Shown here piece after piece: positions 19,338 through 31,390 of a DNA stretch of 41,508 nucleotides (its first letter is position 1; every line of letters begins with the position of its first letter). Origin of the DNA: an uncultured Alphaproteobacteria bacterium (lineage in GTDB: Bacteria; Pseudomonadota; Alphaproteobacteria; CBDVDY01). The position numbers and the translations under genes were made by a program. The DNA is taken from NCBI GenBank assembly GCA_965372875.1, contig CBDVDY010000002.1:1-41508 (forward strand), read 5' to 3'. The notes under the pieces are model-generated. The model was not told the DNA's origin and searched no databases. It saw only the letters and a program-made list of their open reading frames with translations.

Positions 19338-20741
19338 TCACTGGTCGCGGTAAAGAACCGATTTGGCCGCGGCAACGATTTTCTCGGGCTGTGGCAAGGT
19401 CATTGCCTCGAGATTGGCCGCGTAAGGCATTGGCACGTCCTCGCCCGCCACGCGCACGACCGGCGCGTCGAGCCAGTCGAAAGCGTGCTCCATCATCAAG
19501 GCCGCGATCTCGGAGCCGATACCGGCGAAGGGCCAGCCCTCCTCGACCGAAACAATGCGGTTGGTCTTCTTGACCGACTCGACGATGGTGGCGATGTCGA
19601 GCGGCCGAATTGTGCGCAGATCGATGATTTCCGCCTCGATGCCGTCGCCGGCCAACGTTTCGGCCGCCTGGAGCGCGGTCTCGACCATGCGCGAAAAGGC
19701 CACCAACGTCACGTCGGCGCCCGGGCGCAGCACCTTGGCCTTGCCGATCGGAACCATGAACTCCGGATCAACGGGTACATCGCCGCCGCGCCCATACAGC
19801 ATTTCGTTTTCCAAAAAGATGACGGGGTTGGGGTCGCGAATCGCCGACTTCAGCAGGCCCTTGGCGTCTGCCGCGGAATAGGGCGCGATCACCTTGAGTC
19901 CGGGACAGTGGGCGTACCAACTGGAATATTCCTGAGAATGCTGGGCGGCCACTCGGGCGGCGGCACCGTTGGGGCCGCGAAAGACGATGGGACAGCGGAT
20001 CTGCCCGCCCGACATGTAGTGGGTCTTGGCCGCCGAATTGACGATCTGGTCGATCGCCTGCATGGCGAAGTTAAAGGTCATGAATTCGACGATGGGCCGT
20101 AAACCGGCGAAGGCGGCGCCAACACCGAGGCCGGTAAAGCCCTGCTCGGTGATCGGCGTGTCGATCACCCGCTTGTTGCCGAACTCCTCCAACAACCCCT
20201 GGCTCACCTTGTAGGCGCCCTGATACTCGGCGACTTCCTCGCCGATCAACAGGACATTTTCATCGCCGCGCATTTCCTCGGCCATGGCATCGCGCAACGC
20301 CTCGCGCACGGTAATCGAGGTGGTCGCGCCGACATAATCCGGCTCGGCCGCGGCCGAGACCAGCGCGGGCGGCGCCGGCCCCATTACGGTCGGGGCAGGC
20401 GGTTGTTCGGCGTCGGCAACCGCCGCGGCGGAGTCGGGCAATTCCGCGGCCGTGGCGGGCGGCGCGGCCACCGCGCCATCGAGCGACGCCTTGTCCTCGC
20501 CCTCCGCGAGGATCAGCGCGATCGGCTGATTGACCGGCACGGCATCGGTGCCCTCGGCGACCAGAATGCGGCCCAGGACGCCCTCCTCCACCGCCTCGAT
20601 CTCCATCGTCGCCTTGTCGGTCTCGATCTCCGCCAGCACGTCGCCGCTCTCGACCGTCTCGCCCTCGGACTTGAGCCATTTGGCGAGCTTGCCCTCGGTC
20701 ATAGTCGGCGACAACGCCGGCATCAGCACTTCGATTGGCAT
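19338..20741 (-). CDS. pdhB: Pyruvate dehydrogenase E1 beta subunit with N-terminal lipoyl domain
   Basis: N-terminal lipoyl domain almost identical to that of PdhC, Ala/Pro linker, then transketolase-like E1-beta body ([18 protein letters not shown]...). ATG at 20741 preceded by GGAGGAAAT. The ORF-track extension to 20870 is rejected. Confidence 0.93.
   Translation of the reverse strand: MPIEVLMPALSPTMTEGKLAKWLKSEGETVESGDVLAEIETDKATMEIEAVEEGVLGRILVAEGTDAVPVNQPIALILAEGEDKASLDGAVAAPPATAAELPDSAAAVADAEQPPAPTVMGPAPPALVSAAAEPDYVGATTSITVREALRDAMAEEMRGDENVLLIGEEVAEYQGAYKVSQGLLEEFGNKRVIDTPITEQGFTGLGVGAAFAGLRPIVEFMTFNFAMQAIDQIVNSAAKTHYMSGGQIRCPIVFRGPNGAAARVAAQHSQEYSSWYAHCPGLKVIAPYSAADAKGLLKSAIRDPNPVIFLENEMLYGRGGDVPVDPEFMVPIGKAKVLRPGADVTLVAFSRMVETALQAAETLAGDGIEAEIIDLRTIRPLDIATIVESVKKTNRIVSVEEGWPFAGIGSEIAALMMEHAFDWLDAPVVRVAGEDVPMPYAANLEAMTLPQPEKIVAAAKSVLYRDQ
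20452..20741. repeat. Direct repeat copy B (pdhB lipoyl-domain module)
   Basis: See copy A. Both copies end exactly at their ATG, and the sequence beyond the start codons (RBS regions) is unrelated. Confidence 0.9.
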
Positions 20742-20784
20742 ATTTCCTCCACGGGACGACGCAACTCGGTCGGGTGTCGCGCCG

Positions 20785-21801
20785 TCAGGCCTCCACCAGC
20801 ACGTCGGTGTAAAGCTCGGACGGATCGGGCTCCGGGTTGTTCTGCGCAAACTCGGCGGCGTCGGAGACAATCGTCTTGACCGCGCGGTCGACCTCCTTGA
20901 GCCCGGCCTCGTCGATGTGGCCGGATTCGAGAAGCAGGGCGCGCAGATGGTCGATCGGGTCTTTCTCCTTGCGCACTCGGCTCACTTCTTCCCTTGTGCG
21001 GTACTTGGCCGGGTCCGACATGGAATGACCGCGGTAGCGGTAGGTCTGCATCTCGAGAATATAGGGGCCCTTGCCGGCACGGGCGTGGGCCAGCGCCTTG
21101 GCGCTCGCTTGGCGGACCGCGATTACATCCATGCCGTCGACCTGGGCCCCCGGGATGCCATAGGCCATGCCGCGGTGATAGAGGTCGGTCCGGGCCGAGG
21201 CGCGCTCGACCGATGTGCCCATGCCGTATTTGTTGTTTTCGATGACATAGACGACCGGCAGCTTCCAGAGCGCCGCCATATTGAAGGATTCGTAGACCTG
21301 ACCCTGGTTGATGGCGCCGTCGCCCAGGTAGGTGACGCACACCCCGCCGTCTTGGCGATAATTGTGGGCGAAGGCGATGCCGGTGCCGATCGGTACCTGG
21401 GCGCCGACGATTCCGTGTCCGCCGAAGAAATTCTTTTCCGTCGAGAACATGTGCATCGAGCCGCCCTTGCCCCTGGAATAACCGCCGCGCCGGCCGGTCA
21501 ATTCGGCCATGACCCCGGCCGGGTCCATGCCGGCGGCCAGCATATGACCGTGGTCGCGATACGAAGTGACGACGGTGTCGACCTCTCGGGTCTCGTTCTG
21601 CATGCCGGTGACAACCGCTTCCTGGCCGATATAGAGGTGGCAGAAACCGCCGATCAGTCCCATGCCGTAGAGCTGACCCGCCTTCTCCTCGAAGCGGCGA
21701 ATCAACAGCATTTCGCGGTAGTGTTTCAGCAGGTCTTCGGGCGTGATCTTGGACTTGGCGGCCGCTTTGGGTTTGCGTTTCTTCCGGGGCGTGGTGACCA
21801 T
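20785..21801 (-). CDS. pdhA: Pyruvate dehydrogenase E1 alpha subunit
   Basis: [13 protein letters not shown] and TPP motif [13 protein letters not shown]...N. ATG at 21801 ([10 protein letters not shown]...). The TTG at 21873 used by the ORF track is less likely. Confidence 0.92.
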   Translation of the reverse strand: MVTTPRKKRKPKAAAKSKITPEDLLKHYREMLLIRRFEEKAGQLYGMGLIGGFCHLYIGQEAVVTGMQNETREVDTVVTSYRDHGHMLAAGMDPAGVMAELTGRRGGYSRGKGGSMHMFSTEKNFFGGHGIVGAQVPIGTGIAFAHNYRQDGGVCVTYLGDGAINQGQVYESFNMAALWKLPVVYVIENNKYGMGTSVERASARTDLYHRGMAYGIPGAQVDGMDVIAVRQASAKALAHARAGKGPYILEMQTYRYRGHSMSDPAKYRTREEVSRVRKEKDPIDHLRALLLESGHIDEAGLKEVDRAVKTIVSDAAEFAQNNPEPDPSELYTDVLVEA

Positions 21802-22000
21802 TCTCGATCCTTGGTGCGCGCGGCGCCGATACGGCGGAAGATAGCGATCCGCCAGGTGGGAACGGTCTAACAAATAGGCAATCGATCACTTTTGTTCAAG
21901 CGATTAGAATTGCGTAAGGCGTTGTTTTGCAACGCACAACGTAGAATTAACTGGATATCGGTTATCTTCGGGCCGGTCCGACCGGCGAAGTCTCGGTCAC

Positions 22001-22330
22001 CTAGCGCCGCGGTGCCGCGAATTCTCCGAAAACAACAATTTCGTCGGGACCGATCTGGTTCAGCATGAGTCGCGCGCGTTCGTCCAGCATGTCTCGGTCG
22101 AGGCTCTCGGGCCGCATGAGGCCAACCCGATGCTCGAGGATTGCCCGCCGGACCGAAGTCTCCGCGAGCGACATTTGGGCGGCATCGACACGCTGGCTGA
22201 GTTGCCACCATGCGATCATCCCGCGATCGCCCTGGATGGCGTGATAGGCGAAATAGATAGCCAGGCAGGCACTCAATGTGGGCCCCACCAACTGGCCCGC
22301 CCGCCGGCGCATCTCGCGAAACATGCTCAT
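22001..22330 (-). CDS. ftsB: Septum formation initiator FtsB/DivIC family
   Basis: 109 aa, single N-terminal TM helix (LSACLAIYFAYHAI) followed by a coiled-coil. Conserved position between eno and pdhA. Confidence 0.85.
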   Translation of the reverse strand: MSMFREMRRRAGQLVGPTLSACLAIYFAYHAIQGDRGMIAWWQLSQRVDAAQMSLAETSVRRAILEHRVGLMRPESLDRDMLDERARLMLNQIGPDEIVVFGEFAAPRR

Positions 22331-22449
22331 GGCGCGGATCGAATCACATTCGATTCCATGCCGTCAACAAAAAAGAGTCCGTTGAATCTGTGACTTATTG
22401 AATTGTGCCTTGGCGGCGGCGCGGATCGACAAGGTACTCGGCAGGAAAT

Positions 22450-23733
<1,284 letters not shown>

Positions 23734-23812
23734 TCAGGTTTCCATGGCGGTTCCGGGACGCCACCAATAGCCGCGTAGCGCGGCTTAGGCAAGGACTGTT
23801 TCAGATAATTTT

Positions 23813-24670
23813 TTACTGTATTTTCAGTGGCTTAGACTTAGCCAGCCGGTCAAATTCGATGAGATTTTCCAGCATGGCGGGCAATGCCTTCAGGGGCACC
23901 ATATTTGGCCCGTCCGAGGGCGCGTGATCCGGATCCTGATGGGTTTCCAGGAACAAAGCGGCAACACCAATGGATACCGCGGCCCGGGCCAGGACCGGCA
24001 CGAACTCGCGCTGGCCGCCGCTGGCGCCACCGAGGCCACCCGGCTGCTGTACCGAATGGGTGGCGTCGAACACCACGGGATAGCCGAGCCCGGCCAGCAC
24101 CGGCAGGGCACGCATGTCGGAAACCAGCGTGTTGTAGCCGAAGCTCGCCCCGCGCTCGCACACCAGAAGGTCGCGGTGGTTCGCGGATTCGACCTTAGCC
24201 ACGACGTTTTGCATGTCCCAGGGCGCCAGGAACTGCCCTTTCTTGATGTTCATGACCTTACCGGTGGCGGCGGCGGCCAGCAGCAAATCGGTTTGGCGGC
24301 AAAGAAAGGCCGGAATCTGCAAAACATCGGCGACCTCGGCCACGGGCGCGCACTGGTCCGCGCTGTGCACGTCGGTCAGCACGGGCAGTCCGGTGCTCTC
24401 CCGCACCTCGGCGAGAATCGGCAGTGCCTTGGCGAGGCCCAGGCCGCGCGGGCTGTCGACGCTGGTGCGGTTGGCCTTGTCGAACGAAGTCTTGTAGACC
24501 AGCCCAATTCCGAGCTTGTCGGCCATCTCCTTGAGCGCGGCCGACATCTCGAGCGCATGGGCTCGCGATTCCAACACGCACGGCCCGGCGATCAAGGCCA
24601 GCGGCAGGTCATTGCCGAAGGTGACGCCGCCGACACTAACGTGGTGGGGCGATCGGTTGGGAGCGGTCAC
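23813..24670 (-). CDS. kdsA: 3-deoxy-8-phosphooctulonate (KDO8P) synthase
   Basis: [33 protein letters not shown] start at 24670 preceded by GGGGAG with 7-nt spacing. Confidence 0.95.
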   Translation of the reverse strand: MTAPNRSPHHVSVGGVTFGNDLPLALIAGPCVLESRAHALEMSAALKEMADKLGIGLVYKTSFDKANRTSVDSPRGLGLAKALPILAEVRESTGLPVLTDVHSADQCAPVAEVADVLQIPAFLCRQTDLLLAAAATGKVMNIKKGQFLAPWDMQNVVAKVESANHRDLLVCERGASFGYNTLVSDMRALPVLAGLGYPVVFDATHSVQQPGGLGGASGGQREFVPVLARAAVSIGVAALFLETHQDPDHAPSDGPNMVPLKALPAMLENLIEFDRLAKSKPLKIQ

Positions 24671-24687
24671 TGCCGGACTCCCCGCCC

Positions 24688-26397
<1,710 letters not shown>

Positions 26398-26422
26398 GTT
26401 GAACTCGAATTATGTCTCGCCA

Positions 26423-26743
26423 TTATTCGACCGGCGCGCTCGGACCGGCGGGCGGCAATGCCGGTTGCTCGGTGATGGGCTCGCTCACCACGGACCCCGT
26501 AGCCTCGCCCGAACCGCGCGACAGCTTGGCCAGCGCGATACTGGTCAAAAGGAACAAGGCCGCCAATATTGCGGTCGCCCGCGTCAACACGTTGGCTGCC
26601 GACCGGCCGGTCATGAAACCGCTCATTCCGCCGCCGCCGCCGCCGCCTATGCCAAGCGCGCCGCCCTCGCTCCGTTGCAGGAGCACAACGACGATCATGG
26701 CCAGCGCCAGCATCAGATGGACGACAAGAAGGATATTTTCCAT
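26423..26743 (-). CDS. secG: Preprotein translocase subunit SecG
   Basis: 106 aa, two TM helices flanking a Gly-rich loop (LLQRSEGGALGIGGGGGGGMSGF). ATG at 26743; the ORF-track extension to 26872 overlaps tpiA. Conserved tpiA-secG-pyrG order. Followed by a canonical intrinsic terminator. Confidence 0.88.
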   Translation of the reverse strand: MENILLVVHLMLALAMIVVVLLQRSEGGALGIGGGGGGGMSGFMTGRSAANVLTRATAILAALFLLTSIALAKLSRGSGEATGSVVSEPITEQPALPPAGPSAPVE

Positions 26744-26844
26744 GGCCTCACGACACGGCTTTCGCCGCGCCCGATATTCCGGCATTTGCGGCGGTCGGGT
26801 GGTCGGACGTTCGGGGCCTATGTAATCGTTTTCGCGGGTATTTT

Positions 26845-27606
26845 CTAGCCACAACTTTGCGCGATCGCCCAAAAATCGTCTGAATTCAGGCTGGCGCCGC
26901 CAATTAGGGCCCCGTCAACCTCGGCAATCCCCAGGATCTGTGGCGCGTTTGCCGGGTTGACCGAGCCGCCATAAATCACGCGAACCGCGCCCGCATCGTC
27001 GATTCGATCGGCAACCAGGCCGTGAATATGGCGGTGGACTTCGGCGATTTCTTCAACCGTAGGCGTCATACCGCTGCCGATCGCCCAAACGGGCTCGTAG
27101 GCGATAACGGTTTTGGCGGGGTCCGGCGCCTCGGGAAGCGAGTTGGAAAGCTGGCCCGCGACCACGTCGAGGGTGCTGCCGCGTTCCCGCGCCGCGGTGT
27201 TTTCGCCGACGCATATAATCGCGCCGAGGCCGGCCGCCTGGGCCGACGTCGCTTTCGCGCGTACCGCCTGATTGGTCTCGTTGTGCGTGGCGCGACGTTC
27301 GGAATGGCCGACGATCACATAGCTGCAACCGGCATCGGCCAGCATGGGCGCGCCGATGTCGCCGGTAAAGGGCCCCTGCATCTCGCCGTGGCAGTCCTGG
27401 CCACCCACCGCGACGCCACTGCCGAATACCGCCGCGGCGACCTCGCGAACCAGGGTGGCGGGCGGACAGATCAATAGATCGCAGGCCAGCGTATCGCCAT
27501 GTCCCCGCGCTAAATGGGCTATCTCCCGGGCCAGCGCGATGCCGGACCGGGCGAGCCCGTTCATTTTCCAGTTGCCGGCGATCAGCCGCCGTTTGGCCTC
27601 GGTCAT
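26845..27606 (-). CDS. tpiA: Triosephosphate isomerase
   Basis: AGNWKMNG, VIVGHSERR, AYEPVWAIGSG, IYGGSV. Confidence 0.95.
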   Translation of the reverse strand: MTEAKRRLIAGNWKMNGLARSGIALAREIAHLARGHGDTLACDLLICPPATLVREVAAAVFGSGVAVGGQDCHGEMQGPFTGDIGAPMLADAGCSYVIVGHSERRATHNETNQAVRAKATSAQAAGLGAIICVGENTAARERGSTLDVVAGQLSNSLPEAPDPAKTVIAYEPVWAIGSGMTPTVEEIAEVHRHIHGLVADRIDDAGAVRVIYGGSVNPANAPQILGIAEVDGALIGGASLNSDDFWAIAQSCG

Positions 27607-27708
27607 AGATGCCGCCGTGAGTCGAATTTGGTCGGGCTGGTGGGTCGGGCCGGACCGGCCCCTCTATAGCACGGGGGATACCGGTACAAAAAGATATTGC
27701 GCGCCAGA

Positions 27709-28830
27709 TCAGTCCCAGACTTCGTCGGCCACCTCAACCACAAGACGGAGCTTGGACACCTGCTCCTCGACGCTCAAATCGTTGCCGTGGACGGTGCTGG
27801 AGAAGCCGCATTGCGGACTGAGCGCGAGCTGCTCGAGCGGCACGTACCGGGCGGCTTCTTCGATGCGGCGTTTCAAAAGATCGCGCGATTCCAGTTCCGG
27901 CAGTTTGGTGGTGACAAGCCCAAGCACTACGGTTTTGTCCTTGGGCACGAAACGAAGCGGCTCGAACGTCCCCGACCGCGCGTCATCGTACTCCAGGAAA
28001 AACCCGTCGACATCGATCTCGTTGAACATCGTTTCCGCGACCGGATCGTAGCCGCCCTCGGCGACCCAGGAACTGCGGAAATTTCCGCGGCACAGATGGA
28101 TGCAAACGGTCATGTCGCGCGGCCGCCCAGCGACCGCATCGCTTATGAGCCGGGCATAGGTGCGCGGCAACGCCTCCGGATCCTCGCCGATTTCGCGGGC
28201 GCGTTCCTGATGAGTCGGGTCGCAGAGATAAGCGAGGTTCGTGTCGTCAAGCTGCAGATAGGTGCAGCCGGCCTCGGCCAGGTCGGCGATCTCTTCGCGG
28301 TAGACGCGCGCCAGATCGGCAAAAAATTCATCGATGTCGGGATAGGCATCTTCGTCGATACCCCCGCGGCCGCCGCGAAAATGCAGCATGCTGGGCGATG
28401 GAATGCAGAGCTTCGGCGTCTTCCCGGTCGCGGATTGCAGGAAATTGAAATCGTCAACGGCGATCGGCCCGGCCCGGCCGAGCCGGCCGCCGACGCCAAG
28501 GATCGGCGGCGCGATATCGACGTCCTTGCTGGCGCCCCGAAATCGTACCTTGTATTGCGATTCGCTGACTTGGACGCCTTGGATGCGCTCCAGGAAATCG
28601 ACATGAAAATAGGTGCGGCGGTACTCGCCGTCGGTAATCCCCTCAAGGCCCGCCGCTTCCTGCAGCGCCACCGCGTCGCGAATGCTCTCGTCCTCGACCG
28701 CCCGCAATTGTTCGGTCGAAATCCTGCCCTCCTGGCGTTGGGCCCGCGCCTCCAAAAGCGCCGCCGGCCGCAAAAGGCTCCCGACATGATCGGCTCGAAA
28801 CGGAGGTTTCCCGTTACCCGCCAATTCCAC
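27709..28830 (-). CDS. Cobalamin-independent methionine synthase (MetE C-terminal-like, about 370 aa) family protein
   Basis: PPFRADHVGSLLRP N-terminus, Zn-ligand contexts HLCRGN and SPQCGF. The start is uncertain. The GTG at 28830 directly abuts AAGGAG with no spacer. The TTG at 28824 would give normal 6-nt spacing. Confidence 0.85.
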   Translation of the reverse strand: MELAGNGKPPFRADHVGSLLRPAALLEARAQRQEGRISTEQLRAVEDESIRDAVALQEAAGLEGITDGEYRRTYFHVDFLERIQGVQVSESQYKVRFRGASKDVDIAPPILGVGGRLGRAGPIAVDDFNFLQSATGKTPKLCIPSPSMLHFRGGRGGIDEDAYPDIDEFFADLARVYREEIADLAEAGCTYLQLDDTNLAYLCDPTHQERAREIGEDPEALPRTYARLISDAVAGRPRDMTVCIHLCRGNFRSSWVAEGGYDPVAETMFNEIDVDGFFLEYDDARSGTFEPLRFVPKDKTVVLGLVTTKLPELESRDLLKRRIEEAARYVPLEQLALSPQCGFSSTVHGNDLSVEEQVSKLRLVVEVADEVWD

Positions 28831-28981
28831 CTCCTTAAATTATTGCTCCGCCCACCTTGTACATTGGCCCACCGAGGACTAGCAATCGCGGGTTGCCGTG
28901 GTTGCGGTTTTAAGGCTGAAAACCTATGATGCGGCCGCGCCGCCACGCGGTCCACGATCGGCAAAGGAGTGACCGTTTACC

Positions 28982-30856
28982 ATGATGCAGTCCATGCGCA
29001 AGCAGGCCAAGGGATTCCTTGCATTCATCCTGTTTGGCCTTTTGATCCTGAGCTTCGGTGTCTGGGGAATCGGCGACATTTTTCGGCCGGTATCCGGGCG
29101 CGACGTGATTATCGAAATCGGCGGCACGGAAATTCCAGCCGAGCGGCTTGCCCGCGACGTCCAACGCGAAATTCAGGCGTTGCGGGCGCGTTCGGGCGTA
29201 TCTCTCGACTATGGGCAGGCGCTGCAATTCGGCCTTGTCGGACAGACGATCTCGCGCCTCGTGGGCACCTCGCTCTTTGATCTTGCTACGCGGGACATGG
29301 GCGTCGCCATATCAGACCGGATGATCAGCGACGCGGTCCAGAACGACACGAACTTTCGCAACCAGTTCGGCAGATTTGACCGCCAGCGGTATCGGCAAAG
29401 GCTCGCGTCGCTTGGCATGAGCGAGCGTATGTATGAGGAGACGCTGCGTGGCGATCTGGCGCGCCGGCAATTGGCCAGCGGAATTGCGGCCAGCGAATCC
29501 GTGCCCAAGTCGCTCGCGCACGCGGTCTACCGCTATCGCCGGGAAAGGCGCGTGGCCGAAGTCCTCTTTATCCCGAACGACGGCTTGACTGGCCTCGAGG
29601 CGCCGGGTCAGGCGGCGCTCGAGGATTTTCACAAAGACCACGAGGCGCGCTTCATGGCGCCGGAATTCCGCAAAGTGACGGCGGTAATCATTCGGCCGGA
29701 CGATCTTGCCGGGGACATCGATGTGAGCGGCGAGCGCCTCGAGGAAGAGTACCGGAGCCGTCTCGACGAATTCGAGACGCCCGAGCGACGCGCCGTTGAA
29801 CAATTGCTTTTCAGCAGCGAAAGCGAGGCCAAGGCCGCCTATGATCGTATTCAAGCCGGCGAGGATTTCGCCACCGTGGGCGCGGATGTTCTGCCGCTCG
29901 GTACCGTCGCCAAGGGCGATCTGCCGCTGCAGGCGCTGGGCGATGGCGCCTTCGCGGTGGACCCCGGTGCCGCCAGCGCCCCGATCAACACCGCGCTTGG
30001 TTGGCACATCGTACGTGTCACCAAGATTGAACCTGGCAGTACCGCATCTTTCGCGGACGCCCGCGAAAAACTGAAGGCGCTCGTCAAGCGCGAACTCGCG
30101 GTCGACGCCGCGATCGAGCTTGGCGAGGATTTGGACAAGGAAATCGGCGGCGGCGTCGGCATTGTTGAAGCGGCGCGGAAATTCGGCCTCAGGCTCACCA
30201 GGATCGCGGCCATGGACGCCAAGGGACAGGACGCCGAGGGCAAACCGATCGCCGGCCTGCCCCAGGGCTCGGACTTTGTCGCGCAAGCGTTTCAGGGCGT
30301 CGTGGGCGATGACGGGCTGCTCTCGGACGCCGAGGACGGCAGCTATTTCATCTTGCGGGTCGACGCCATAACGCCGGCCGCGGTTCGCCCGCTTGCCGAC
30401 GTCCGCGACAAGGTCGCCGCCGCCTGGACAGCCGACCGCAAGGCCGAGGCGGCCAGGAAAAAGGCCCAATCCGTAACCGAGCGACTTGCGGGCGGAGCGA
30501 AGCTCCCGGAATTTGCAGCCGACGTTGGGCGGGAAGTCCGCACCACGGACCCCTTCACCCGAGACGGCGATGGCGCCGGCGACCATGTTTCCGCCGCGCT
30601 GGTCGAAAAATTGTTCGCCTTGCGGGTCGGCGACGCGGCGTGGGCGCCCACGCAGAGCGGCACCGTCGTCGGCGTAGTGAGAGAGGTCAAGGGCGCCAAC
30701 CCTCTGTCTGATTCGGCGGGGGTAAAATCCGTCACCGACAGGTTACGCCAGGCAATGGCCAGCGATCTGCTTGCGCAATTCACAAACGCGTTGCGAGATC
30801 GTTATCCCGTGGAGATCGACCAAGCCGCCGTCGAGGATATGTTCACACGGCAGTGA
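28982..30856 (+). CDS. ppiD: Periplasmic chaperone / peptidyl-prolyl isomerase PpiD family
   Basis: N-terminal signal-anchor (GFLAFILFGLLILSFGVWG), SurA-N-like region, parvulin-like segment (TALGWHIVRV). 624 aa. Confidence 0.85.
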   Translation: MMQSMRKQAKGFLAFILFGLLILSFGVWGIGDIFRPVSGRDVIIEIGGTEIPAERLARDVQREIQALRARSGVSLDYGQALQFGLVGQTISRLVGTSLFDLATRDMGVAISDRMISDAVQNDTNFRNQFGRFDRQRYRQRLASLGMSERMYEETLRGDLARRQLASGIAASESVPKSLAHAVYRYRRERRVAEVLFIPNDGLTGLEAPGQAALEDFHKDHEARFMAPEFRKVTAVIIRPDDLAGDIDVSGERLEEEYRSRLDEFETPERRAVEQLLFSSESEAKAAYDRIQAGEDFATVGADVLPLGTVAKGDLPLQALGDGAFAVDPGAASAPINTALGWHIVRVTKIEPGSTASFADAREKLKALVKRELAVDAAIELGEDLDKEIGGGVGIVEAARKFGLRLTRIAAMDAKGQDAEGKPIAGLPQGSDFVAQAFQGVVGDDGLLSDAEDGSYFILRVDAITPAAVRPLADVRDKVAAAWTADRKAEAARKKAQSVTERLAGGAKLPEFAADVGREVRTTDPFTRDGDGAGDHVSAALVEKLFALRVGDAAWAPTQSGTVVGVVREVKGANPLSDSAGVKSVTDRLRQAMASDLLAQFTNALRDRYPVEIDQAAVEDMFTRQ

Positions 30857-30880
30857 GTTCGGCCCTGGCGTGTTCGCGCA

Positions 30881-31390
30881 TTATTCCCGAACGCCTTGGC
30901 GCGCGTCCCATCGCCGGTCCACCAAGACCACGGACGTTTCGATCTGACGCTCGGGTATCGACCAATAGGTGCGCAACAGGCGGTCTTTCTCCTCTGGCGT
31001 GACACGGCGAAATTCGTTCTTCACATAGAAGTCCACGGCCCATTGGGCGGCCGCCCAGGTGCCGATGAGATACGGCCGCTCGGACAAATCCAACAGGTGG
31101 TCGAGCAGCGCTCCACCCACGCCCTGGCGCTGGCGTGCCGTACGAACATAAGCGTGACGGATGAGCGTGACGTCCTTGACCAACTGGATGCCCATGACGC
31201 CCAGCAACTCCCCTTCGGCCTCGAAGCCCCAGAATTCCACGGCCACCGAGATTTCGCGCGCGAGTTCGTCGGCCGCCATGTAGGGCTCGTGCCATCGATC
31301 CGGCGGGATTATGCCGCGATAGGCTTCCGCGCCGTCATTGATAATTGTCAGAACGTGGTCGAATTCGTTCTCGGCGCAGCGGCGGATCAT
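30881..31390 (-). CDS. GNAT family N-acetyltransferase
   Basis: Acetyl-CoA motif A in ARQRQGVGGALLDHL. 169 aa from the ATG at 31390, which forms an ATGA overlap with the stop of the upstream deacetylase-family gene. The ORF-track extension to 31588 is rejected. Confidence 0.8.
   Translation of the reverse strand: MIRRCAENEFDHVLTIINDGAEAYRGIIPPDRWHEPYMAADELAREISVAVEFWGFEAEGELLGVMGIQLVKDVTLIRHAYVRTARQRQGVGGALLDHLLDLSERPYLIGTWAAAQWAVDFYVKNEFRRVTPEEKDRLLRTYWSIPERQIETSVVLVDRRWDARQGVRE

Noticed and set aside
19289-19375. N-terminal extensions of ORF-track models for pdhC (to 19375), pdhB (to 20870), pdhA (to 21873), ntrX (to 4854), secG (to 26872), GNAT (to 31588), yibQ-like (to 32460), copA (to 35322), pyrG (to 26337) and hfq (to 334)
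   Set aside because: In each case an internal ATG begins the conserved family N-terminus. For pdhC, pdhB, pdhA, copA and secG that ATG is also preceded by a visible SD-like element. The extension is low-complexity, overlaps the upstream gene, or starts at TTG or GTG.
22337-22358. Hairpin ATCGAAT-CAC-ATTCGAT just upstream of the ftsB start, and weak stems after kdsA (AGCCGCG-TAG-CGCGGCT at about 23771-23787)
   Set aside because: The stems are short, have no U tracts and carry no recognisable motif. They could be chance palindromes in short spacers and are not strong enough to call as features.
28831-28981. Possible cobalamin or SAM-II riboswitch upstream of the MetE-like gene
   Set aside because: The spacer is only about 150 nt and is shared with the divergent ppiD promoter. 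I could not find a B12 box or the AAAGCU-type SAM-II pseudoknot elements. It would need Infernal to exclude formally.
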